Of a DNA stretch of 64,000 nt, positions 8,687 to 16,519 are shown piece by piece. The position numbers and the translations under genes are program-made. A model generated the notes under the pieces. That model ran no database searches and was not told the origin of the DNA. It was given only the letters and a program-made list of their open reading frames with translations. The stretch comes from an uncultured Bacteroides sp. (lineage in GTDB: Bacteria; Bacteroidota; Bacteroidia; Bacteroidales; Bacteroidaceae), in the NCBI GenBank assembly GCA_964481755.1, contig CAYZVH010000001.1, forward strand, positions 2,337 to 66,336. The letters run 5' to 3'. Every line of letters begins with the position of its first letter. The first letter of the stretch is position 1.

Positions 8687-9892
8687 TTAAATCTCCTCAT
8701 CCTTGTGGTTGGCATAGTAGACACGCAACGGTGTAGAGGTCACCTTGATGAAGCCCTTAGCGTCCTCAGCGGTCCAGCCTTTCTGCATCTCGCCATACTC
8801 GCCAAACTTCGTCTTCACCAGGTCGTCCTTGGAATCCACGCCTACGGTAGAGAACGACAAGGGGCGGAGCTCAAGAATAGCGGTACCGTTGACGTTACGC
8901 TGCGACTCCTGCAACATAGCCTCGATGTCGCGCATCACCGGCTCCAGGTACTGACTCTCGTGGAGGAACATGCCATACCAGTTGGCTACCTGGTCCTTCC
9001 AGTATTGTTGCCACTTGCTCAAGGTATATTTCTCCAGGAAGCGGTGTGCACCGATAATCAACATCGGAGCGGCAGCCTCGAAGCCTACACGTCCCTTGAT
9101 GCCGATGATGGTGTCGCCCACGTGCATGTCACGACCGATGCCATAAGCGGCTCCAATCTCTTCCACTTTCTGGATAGCCTTGATGGGGTCGTCGAACTTC
9201 TCGCCGTTGACAGCTTTCAGCTCACCTTTCTCGAAGGTAAGACTCAACTGCTCTGAGCCTTCTTTGGTGACATGCTTCAGGTAAGCGCTCTCGGGCAGGC
9301 CTTGCTTGGAGTCGAGAATCTCGCCACCGCAGATGGATGTTCCCCACAAGCCCACGTTATAGGAGTATTTCAGTTTAGCGAAGTCTGCCTCGAAGCCATG
9401 GTCGTTGAGATATTTGATCTCCTGCTCGCGCGAGAGAGCCATATCACGAGTGAGGGTGATGATCTCCACACCGGGGGCCATCACCAGGAAGGTCATGTCG
9501 AAACGTATCTGGTCGTTGCCTGCACCTGTTGACCCGTGTGCGATAGCCTGCGCGCCAATCTCGTTGGCATAACGGGCAATGGCAAGTGCCTGGAAGATGC
9601 GCTCCGAGCTGACGGAGATAGGATAGGTTCCGTTGCGCAGCACATTACCGAACACCATATATTTGAGGCTCTTAGCATAATACTCCTGCATCACGTCGAG
9701 GGTCACATACTTGGTAGCGCCCAACTTATAGGCATTCTCCTCGTTCTTGCGCAACTGCTCGGCACTGAATCCGCCGGTGTTGGCACAAGCCGCGTACACT
9801 TCATATCCTTTCTCTTTAGCCAGATACATCACGGTAAACGAGGTATCCAGTCCGCCACTGAAGGCGACAACCACTTTCTTTTTCTCTTCCAT
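8687..9892 (-). CDS. argG: Argininosuccinate synthase
   Basis: 401 aa with the N-terminal AFSGGLDTS ATP-pyrophosphatase motif. Confidence 0.9.
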   Translation of the reverse strand: MEEKKKVVVAFSGGLDTSFTVMYLAKEKGYEVYAACANTGGFSAEQLRKNEENAYKLGATKYVTLDVMQEYYAKSLKYMVFGNVLRNGTYPISVSSERIFQALAIARYANEIGAQAIAHGSTGAGNDQIRFDMTFLVMAPGVEIITLTRDMALSREQEIKYLNDHGFEADFAKLKYSYNVGLWGTSICGGEILDSKQGLPESAYLKHVTKEGSEQLSLTFEKGELKAVNGEKFDDPIKAIQKVEEIGAAYGIGRDMHVGDTIIGIKGRVGFEAAAPMLIIGAHRFLEKYTLSKWQQYWKDQVANWYGMFLHESQYLEPVMRDIEAMLQESQRNVNGTAILELRPLSFSTVGVDSKDDLVKTKFGEYGEMQKGWTAEDAKGFIKVTSTPLRVYYANHKDEEI

Positions 9893-9954
9893 ATTCTTGT
9901 TCTTTTCTTATTTTCTAATTCTGTCTCTTATTGTTTCACTTATTCCTCACAGGT

Positions 9955-10539
9955 CTACATGCTGATGATGTCGTCGAGGTTGGGCTTCGCGTCATCCTTA
10001 TGCTTCTCGGGGTCGTAGAGCATAGCGGTGCAGATGCAGTAGCGTCGCTCGGTACGTTCCAGCACGTCGTGATTGCAACATCCTTCGCAGCCTTTCCAGA
10101 ACGAGTCGTCGTTGGTAAGCTCGGCAAAGGGAACGGGCACATAGCCCAGTTCGGTATTGATCCTCATGACGGCACCACCACTTGTCAAACCAAACAGCTT
10201 GGCGTGAGGCCAGCGCAAGCGCGAAAGGGTGAAGGCCGCCTTCTTGATACGTTTGGCAAGTCCCTGTCCACGGAACTTCTCCACAACTATCAGGCCCGAA
10301 TTGGCCACATATTGTTTGTTGCCCCAACTCTCGATATAACAGAAGCCTGCGAACTCGGTGCCACACAAGGCGATGATGGCCTTTCCCTCCTTCATCTTCT
10401 GTGCCACATATTCATGGGTTCGTTTGGCGATACCCGTGCCACGCACCTTGGCGGCTGCGGTAATTGTTTCCAAAATCGTGTCAACGTATGCCTCGTGCGA
10501 AGCGTCGGCAACCATAACATCTATTTGTTGTTGATCCAT
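9955..10539 (-). CDS. GNAT-family acyltransferase in the arg operon, with a Cys-rich C-terminal tail
   Basis: 194 aa with the acyl-CoA motif RGQGLAKRIKK. The C-terminal cluster is CEGCCNHDV...YCIC (10030-10089). Confidence 0.7.
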   Translation of the reverse strand: MDQQQIDVMVADASHEAYVDTILETITAAAKVRGTGIAKRTHEYVAQKMKEGKAIIALCGTEFAGFCYIESWGNKQYVANSGLIVVEKFRGQGLAKRIKKAAFTLSRLRWPHAKLFGLTSGGAVMRINTELGYVPVPFAELTNDDSFWKGCEGCCNHDVLERTERRYCICTAMLYDPEKHKDDAKPNLDDIISM

Positions 10540-10567
10540 TGTTTAATTGATAATCTATATCTTTATA

Positions 10568-11062
10568 TTATTGTTTATTACTATTTATGTTCGGAATGAT
10601 TTCCGAGAGGGCCTGAATGAGGTTCTGCCGTTCCACGCCTTCGCGCATCACCAACAGGATGGTGTCGTCGCCGGCTATCGTGCCGATAATCTCATAGAAC
10701 TCTTTCGTGTCGATGTCGTAGGCCAGCGAACTTGCATAGCCCGGGCGGGTGCGTATAACCGCTATGTTGCCGGAGAAGTTGATGGAGACGAAGCCACCCA
10801 GCACAACCTGGGCACTCATGGTACGCACCTCTTCGGTATGATGGCGATAGAATGCGTTGTCGGGCAATACGTAAGCATACTGTCCGTTCGCCCCGGAGGT
10901 CTTCACAATCCTCAAGCACTTCAAGTCACGCGACAGCGTGGCCTGAGTGAGCTTGTAACCGTTGATGTCCAACTCGCGCAACAGTTCCTCTTGACTTCCT
11001 ATCTGCTTGTTGGCGACAATCATCTTTATCGCCTGCAACCGTTCATTTCTATTAGGGTTCAT
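10568..11062 (-). CDS. argR: Arginine repressor
   Basis: MNPNRNERLQAIKMIV...QATLSRDLKCL is a winged-helix N-domain, followed by an ArgR C-domain. The start is taken at ATG 11060-11062, because the longer ORF start lies upstream of the -7 box. Confidence 0.85.
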   Translation of the reverse strand: MNPNRNERLQAIKMIVANKQIGSQEELLRELDINGYKLTQATLSRDLKCLRIVKTSGANGQYAYVLPDNAFYRHHTEEVRTMSAQVVLGGFVSINFSGNIAVIRTRPGYASSLAYDIDTKEFYEIIGTIAGDDTILLVMREGVERQNLIQALSEIIPNINSNKQ

Positions 11063-11086
11063 CGAATATTTATTCCAAAACGGCTG

Positions 11087-11094
11087 CAAATTTA
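11087..11094 (-). promoter_or_regulatory. -7 box (TAAATTTG) for the arg operon
   Basis: The reverse complement of caaattta matches TAnnTTTG, 25 nt upstream of the argR ATG. Confidence 0.45.
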
Positions 11095-11270
11095 TGCAAC
11101 CTTTTCCATATACCATGCATAGTATGGCAATTATTTTTGCATACACCCGCATTTTAGCTCATATGCATTGCATATATATGTATATTCATGCACTATAAGG
11201 ACCAGAATAAGGAGCTGAATAGATAATCGTACGATACAAGTTCATCAAGGGTCTGGACGCGCGCGCTAAG

Positions 11271-11358
11271 ACAACCGATTGTATGAGCAAAAACAATCGA
11301 TTGTATAAGCCAAAACAATTAGATTGTTTTGCCCAAAACTAAGCATTGTATTTTCCCC
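11271..11358. repeat. Four 22-bp-phased copies of an ACAATCGATTGT-type palindrome
   Basis: Units start at 11271, 11293, 11315 and 11337. Unit 2 (11293-11304) is a perfect 12-bp palindrome and the others are degenerate. Confidence 0.8.
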
Positions 11359-11579
11359 CGCCAAGGGAGGAGATTATCGGGATAAAGAGAGAGGGTAACG
11401 ACAACTTAGGATGCTTACGTGACATGGGTAAGATAAAGGCTGAGAATAGAAGGCTAAATAGCACGATATGGACGGCTAAAAGGGGCATAAAGTTTAACAA
11501 AATGGGACGCTATCTATAACAAAAATCAAAAAGTCCATATTTTAATCAGAAAAGCCTGCTCGGTTAGCAAATCTTTTCC

Positions 11580-11587
11580 TACCTTTG
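11580..11587 (+). promoter_or_regulatory. -7 box (TACCTTTG) for the rha operon
   Basis: Matches TAnnTTTG, 55 nt upstream of the rhaB ATG at 11642. Confidence 0.5.
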
Positions 11588-11641
11588 ACCAATCTAAAGG
11601 TTGAAGAACCTGAATACTCACATAAACGTATATTGAATATC

Positions 11642-13120
11642 ATGAAAGACATGCAATTTTTTGCCGTAGACCTAGGAGCTACCAGTGGCAGAACGATTAT
11701 CGGCACACTGTCAGAAGGCAAACTTGACTTATGGGAACTGACCCGTTTTTCCAATCCTATCATCGAGACAGGCGGACATTTCTACTGGGACATCTATGCG
11801 CTGTACCTCGAAATCATCAAGGGATTGAAGAAGGTGGCACAGGAAAATATACCTATCCAATCCATCGGTATCGACACATGGGGCGTCGACTTCGTGTTCG
11901 TCGGCAAGGACGGAGCCCTGCTCCGCAACCCCTATTGCTACCGCGACCCGCATACAGTAGGCGCTCCGGAGGAGTACTTCACACATATCCCCCGCGAGAA
12001 GGTGTATGACATCACGGGCATACAAATCATGAACTTCAACTCGCTGTTCCAACTCTACACACTGCACCGCGACAAATGTTCCGCACTGGAGGCAGCCGAC
12101 AAGATTCTGTTCATGCCGGACGCACTCTCGTATATGCTGACGGGCAACATGGTGACGGAATATACCATCGCCTCCACCTCACAGATACTGAACCCGCGCA
12201 CCAAGCGCTTCGAGAAAGAGTTGCTGGATGTGGTCGGCGTGAAAGAGGAACAGTTCGGTAAGTTCGTCTTCCCGGGTGAGCAGGTGGGTGTACTCAGCAA
12301 AGAGGTGCAGCAACTGACCGGACTGGGAGAGATACCCGTGATAGCCGTTGCGGGACACGACACAGCCTCAGCCGTAGCAGCAGTGCCTGCCCAGAACGAG
12401 CGATTCGCTTACCTCAGCTCAGGCACCTGGTCGCTGATGGGTATCGAGGTGAAGGATGCCATCATCAACAAAGAGAGTTTCGAGCGCAACTTCACCAACG
12501 AAGGCGGCATAGAGGGAACGACACGCTTCCTGAAGAACATCTGCGGCATGTGGCTACTCGAGCGTTGCCGCAAGGAATGGGAGGTGACCAACAACTATTC
12601 CTACTCCGAACTGATTGACGCGGCACTGGCCGTGAAGGCATTCCGCAGTGTCATCAACCCCGATGCACCCTGCTTCGCCAACCCGACATCGATGATAGAC
12701 GCCATCCGCCACTACTGCAGCGAGACGGGACAACCCGTGCCGGAGACGTATGGCGAGATTACCCGTTGCATCTTCGACAGCCTCGCCCTGCGTTATCGTC
12801 AAGTGTTCGGCTACATGCAGGACATGGCTCCGTTCAAGATAGAGCGTCTGCACGTCATCGGCGGCGGCTCGCGCAACAACCTGCTCAACCAGTTTACCAG
12901 CAACGCCGTGGGTGTGCCGGTGACAGCCGGACCGTCCGAAGGAACGGCCATCGGCAACATCATGTTGCAAGCTAAGGCTGCGGGACTGGTGAAGGACATC
13001 AACGAGATGCGCCAGCTCATCGGCTCGTCCATCGAGTTGACGAACTTTGTGCCCGAGCATGCCGAGGAGTGGGACGAAGCCTACAAGCGTTACCTCTGCT
13101 ACTATCGCGAGGACATCTGA
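11642..13120 (+). CDS. rhaB: Rhamnulokinase (FGGY family)
   Basis: Contains FAVDLGATSGR and an FGGY C-domain, and sits in a rha operon context. The start is set at ATG 11642, downstream of the -7 box. Confidence 0.85.
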   Translation: MKDMQFFAVDLGATSGRTIIGTLSEGKLDLWELTRFSNPIIETGGHFYWDIYALYLEIIKGLKKVAQENIPIQSIGIDTWGVDFVFVGKDGALLRNPYCYRDPHTVGAPEEYFTHIPREKVYDITGIQIMNFNSLFQLYTLHRDKCSALEAADKILFMPDALSYMLTGNMVTEYTIASTSQILNPRTKRFEKELLDVVGVKEEQFGKFVFPGEQVGVLSKEVQQLTGLGEIPVIAVAGHDTASAVAAVPAQNERFAYLSSGTWSLMGIEVKDAIINKESFERNFTNEGGIEGTTRFLKNICGMWLLERCRKEWEVTNNYSYSELIDAALAVKAFRSVINPDAPCFANPTSMIDAIRHYCSETGQPVPETYGEITRCIFDSLALRYRQVFGYMQDMAPFKIERLHVIGGGSRNNLLNQFTSNAVGVPVTAGPSEGTAIGNIMLQAKAAGLVKDINEMRQLIGSSIELTNFVPEHAEEWDEAYKRYLCYYREDI

Positions 13121-13195
13121 GACTGAAACCTATACATATATATAATAAGGTAGAACAAAATAATATACCAAATACTAACTTCTAAATTTATAATC

Positions 13196-14446
13196 ATGAA
13201 AGAGGAATTGATCAAAAAAGCGTATGATATCGCAGTAGAGCGTTACGCCGCCATGGGTATCGACACAAACAAAGTGCTGGACCAACTGCAGAAGGTTTCC
13301 ATCTCCCTCCATTGCTGGCAGGCAGATGACGTAGCAGGCTTCGAGTCAACCGGCTCACTGACCGGTGGCATCCAGGCTACAGGTAACTATCCTGGCAAGG
13401 CACGTAACATGGAAGAGTTGCGGGCAGACATTCTGAAGGCAGCTTCTTACATTCCGGGCAAGCACCGCTTGAACCTGCATGAGATATATGGTGACTTCGA
13501 CGGCAAGTTCGTTGACCGCGACCAAGTGGAGCCGAAGCATTTCGAGAGCTGGATGCAGTGGAGCGCCGAGACAGGCATGAAGCTCGACTTCAACTCTACC
13601 TCCTTCTCACATCCTAAGTCAGGCGACCTCTCTCTGGCAAATCCCGACAAGAGCATCCGCGACTTCTGGATTGAGCACACAAAACGTTGCCGCGCCATTG
13701 CCGAGGAGATGGGTAAACGCCAGGGCGACCCGTGTATCATGAACCTGTGGGTACACGATGGTAGCAAGGACATCACAGTGAACCGCATGAAATACCGCGC
13801 GCTGCTGAAGGATTCATTGGACCAGATCTTCGAGAAAGAATACAAGAACATGCGCGACTGCATCGAGTCGAAGGTGTTCGGCATCGGACTGGAGAGCTAC
13901 ACCGTAGGTTCCAACGACTTCTACATCGGCTATGGCGTACAGCACCAGAAACTGATCACACTGGATACGGGCCACTTCCATCCGACAGAGAGCGTAGCCG
14001 ACAAGGTGTCGTCGCTGTTGCTCTTCGTGCCTGAGTTGATGTTGCACGTGAGCCGTCCGGTACGTTGGGATTCCGACCACGTGACCATCATGGACGACCC
14101 GACAGTGGAGCTGTTCCAGGAGATCGTTCGTTGCGACGCTCTGGACCGCGTACACATCGGCCTCGACTACTTCGACGCTTCCATCAACCGTATCGGTGCT
14201 TACGTTATCGGTGCACGTGCCGCACAGAAGTGCATGCTGCGCGCCCTGTTGGAGCCGCTGACAAAGCTGCGTGAGTACGAGGCAAACGGACAAGGTTTCC
14301 AGCGTCTGGCTCTGCTCGAAGAGGAGAAGGCTATGCCTTGGAACGCTGTATGGGATATGTTCTGCTTGAAGAACAACGTGCCCGTAGGCGACGAGTTCAT
14401 CGGCGAGATTGAGAAATACGAAGCTGACGTGACATCTAAGAGATAA
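13196..14446 (+). CDS. rhaA: L-rhamnose isomerase
   Basis: 416 aa with HCWQADDV and a typical RhaA length and context. Confidence 0.9.
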   Translation: MKEELIKKAYDIAVERYAAMGIDTNKVLDQLQKVSISLHCWQADDVAGFESTGSLTGGIQATGNYPGKARNMEELRADILKAASYIPGKHRLNLHEIYGDFDGKFVDRDQVEPKHFESWMQWSAETGMKLDFNSTSFSHPKSGDLSLANPDKSIRDFWIEHTKRCRAIAEEMGKRQGDPCIMNLWVHDGSKDITVNRMKYRALLKDSLDQIFEKEYKNMRDCIESKVFGIGLESYTVGSNDFYIGYGVQHQKLITLDTGHFHPTESVADKVSSLLLFVPELMLHVSRPVRWDSDHVTIMDDPTVELFQEIVRCDALDRVHIGLDYFDASINRIGAYVIGARAAQKCMLRALLEPLTKLREYEANGQGFQRLALLEEEKAMPWNAVWDMFCLKNNVPVGDEFIGEIEKYEADVTSKR

Positions 14447-14474
14447 GAATCTTTTATACCAAATACTAGATAAG

Positions 14475-14519
14475 GGGCTGCGCCAAGGGCTAAATCGTCT
14501 TTGCCCTTGTGCGCAGCCC
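14475..14519 (+). terminator. Strong intercistronic stem-loop between rhaA and rhaT
   Basis: 16 pairs with one bulge (gggctgcgccaagggc / gcccttgtgcgcagccc), then TTT. It may act as an attenuator or mRNA-stabilising element rather than a full terminator. Confidence 0.5.
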
Positions 14520-14538
14520 TTTCAATAAAAGATAAAGT

Positions 14539-15549
14539 ATGGAAATTGTTTTAGGATTACTGATTATAGCCATCGGCGCCTTCTGTCAGTCGAGTAGCTA
14601 CGTGCCCATCAACCGCATCAAACAGTGGAGCTGGGAGTCGTTTTGGATAGTACAGGGTGTGTTCGCCTGGCTGATATTCCCTTTCTTGGGTGCTCTGTTG
14701 GCCGTGCCTGCCGGCAGTTCTCTGTTTGAGGTGTATGCCGCACATCCTACGGATACGTTGTGGACCATCTTCTTCGGTATACTGTGGGGCGTAGGCGGAC
14801 TCACCTTCGGCCTCTCCATGCGCTACCTGGGCGTAGCGTTGGGACAGTCCATCGCACTGGGTACCTGCGCCGGACTGGGAACAATATTGACTCCTATCTT
14901 CACCGGTAAGACGGGCGACCTGACAACCCCGGTCATCGTGGGTGTGGTAGTTACCCTGATTGGTATCGGCATCATCGGCTTAGCCGGCAACATGAAGTCT
15001 GCCGCCTTGAGCAAGGAAGAGAAAGAGAAGGCTGTGAAAGACTTCAACTTCACCAAAGGTATCATCGTTGCCCTGTTGGCCGGATTCATGAGCGCCTGCT
15101 TCAGCATCGGTCTGGGATTCGGTGAGAGCCTCTGCTTCGCCGAGAGCGCGGACATCTACCGCACACTGCCGGCTACCTTCATGGTGACCTTCGGAGGATT
15201 CCTCACCAACGCGGTGTATTGCTTCTACCAGAACTCGAAGAACAAGACCTGGGGCGACTATGGGAAGACATCGCTCTATGCCAACAACATCCTCTTCTGC
15301 GCATTGGCAGGTGTGCTGTGGTATAGCCAGTTCTTCGGACTGAGCTTGGGCAAGGGATTCCTCACCTCGTCGCCTGTACTGCTCACCTTCTCGTGGTGCA
15401 TCCTCATGTCGCTCAACGTGACATTCTCCAACGTATGGGGCATCATCCTGAAGGAGTGGAAAGGTTGCTCACAGAAGACCATCGTGGTGCTCATCATCGG
15501 CTTGGTGGTACTGATTGTATCGTCTTTCCTGCCGCAACTGCTTAAATAA
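14539..15549 (+). CDS. rhaT: L-rhamnose/H+ symporter
   Basis: 336 aa, about 10 TM segments, sitting between rhaA and rhaD. Confidence 0.8.
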   Translation: MEIVLGLLIIAIGAFCQSSSYVPINRIKQWSWESFWIVQGVFAWLIFPFLGALLAVPAGSSLFEVYAAHPTDTLWTIFFGILWGVGGLTFGLSMRYLGVALGQSIALGTCAGLGTILTPIFTGKTGDLTTPVIVGVVVTLIGIGIIGLAGNMKSAALSKEEKEKAVKDFNFTKGIIVALLAGFMSACFSIGLGFGESLCFAESADIYRTLPATFMVTFGGFLTNAVYCFYQNSKNKTWGDYGKTSLYANNILFCALAGVLWYSQFFGLSLGKGFLTSSPVLLTFSWCILMSLNVTFSNVWGIILKEWKGCSQKTIVVLIIGLVVLIVSSFLPQLLK

Positions 15550-15584
15550 TGAACGTAAAGAACAACAACTAAGATACAATAACA

Positions 15585-16394
15585 ATGAAATCGATTTTGG
15601 AAAACCGTCCCGAGTTGGCTCGGGAAGTAAACAAAGTGGCCGAAGTGGCCGGATACTTGTGGCAGAAAGGCTGGGCTGAGCGCAACGGCGGCAACATCAC
15701 TGTCAACATCACCGAGTATGTGGACGATGAGATTCGCCAAATGCCAGCCATCAGCGAACCCAAAGAGATTGGCGCTACACTGCCTAACCTAAAGGGTTGC
15801 TACTTCTACTGCAAAGGTACAAACATGCGTATGCGCGACTTGGCACGCTGGCCGATGGACAACGGCAGCATCATCCGCATCCTGGACGACTGCGCCCACT
15901 ACGTGATTATCGCCGACAAACCTGTGCGCCCGACCTCTGAGTTGCCGTCGCACTTGAGCGTACACAACTACCTCATCGGCAAAGGCTCACCCTACAAAGC
16001 ATCGGTTCACACCCACCCTATCGAACTGGTAGCACTAACACACTGCAAGAAGTATCTGGAGAAAGACGTGGCTACACGCATGCTGTGGAGCATGATTCCG
16101 GAGACGAAGGCATTCTGTCCGCGCGGCTTGGGCATCATCCCCTACAAGTTGCCTAGCTCGGTAGAATTGGCCGAGGCTACCATCAAGGAGTTGGCCGACT
16201 ACGACGTAGTGATGTGGGAGAAGCACGGCGTGTTCGCTGTAGACTGCGACGTGATGCAGGCCTTCGACCAGATTGACGTGCTCAACAAGTCTGCCCTCAT
16301 CTATATCGCCGCCAAGAACATGGGATTCGAGCCCGAGGGAATGAGCGACGAGCAGATGAAAGAGATGAGCGTAGCCTTCAACTTGCCCAAATAA
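15585..16394 (+). CDS. rhaD: Rhamnulose-1-phosphate aldolase (class II aldolase)
   Basis: 269 aa with GGNITVN and a SVHTHP metal-binding context. Confidence 0.85.
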   Translation: MKSILENRPELAREVNKVAEVAGYLWQKGWAERNGGNITVNITEYVDDEIRQMPAISEPKEIGATLPNLKGCYFYCKGTNMRMRDLARWPMDNGSIIRILDDCAHYVIIADKPVRPTSELPSHLSVHNYLIGKGSPYKASVHTHPIELVALTHCKKYLEKDVATRMLWSMIPETKAFCPRGLGIIPYKLPSSVELAEATIKELADYDVVMWEKHGVFAVDCDVMQAFDQIDVLNKSALIYIAAKNMGFEPEGMSDEQMKEMSVAFNLPK

Positions 16395-16441
16395 GCACAA
16401 GGCGAAACGATAGACGCAACGCTCCCATCGAGCGTATATAG

Positions 16442-16478
16442 TATAGGCGGGAAGATGTCATTCATCTTTCCGCCTATA
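16442..16478. terminator. Bidirectional stem-loop between the convergent rhaD and the protease paralog
   Basis: A 16-bp stem (tataggcgggaagatg / catctttccgcctata, one wobble) with a 5-nt loop. Confidence 0.6.
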
Positions 16479-16519
16479 CCTTATTATATATAGGTACTCC
16501 ATTAAGGGAGTGCCCCAGT

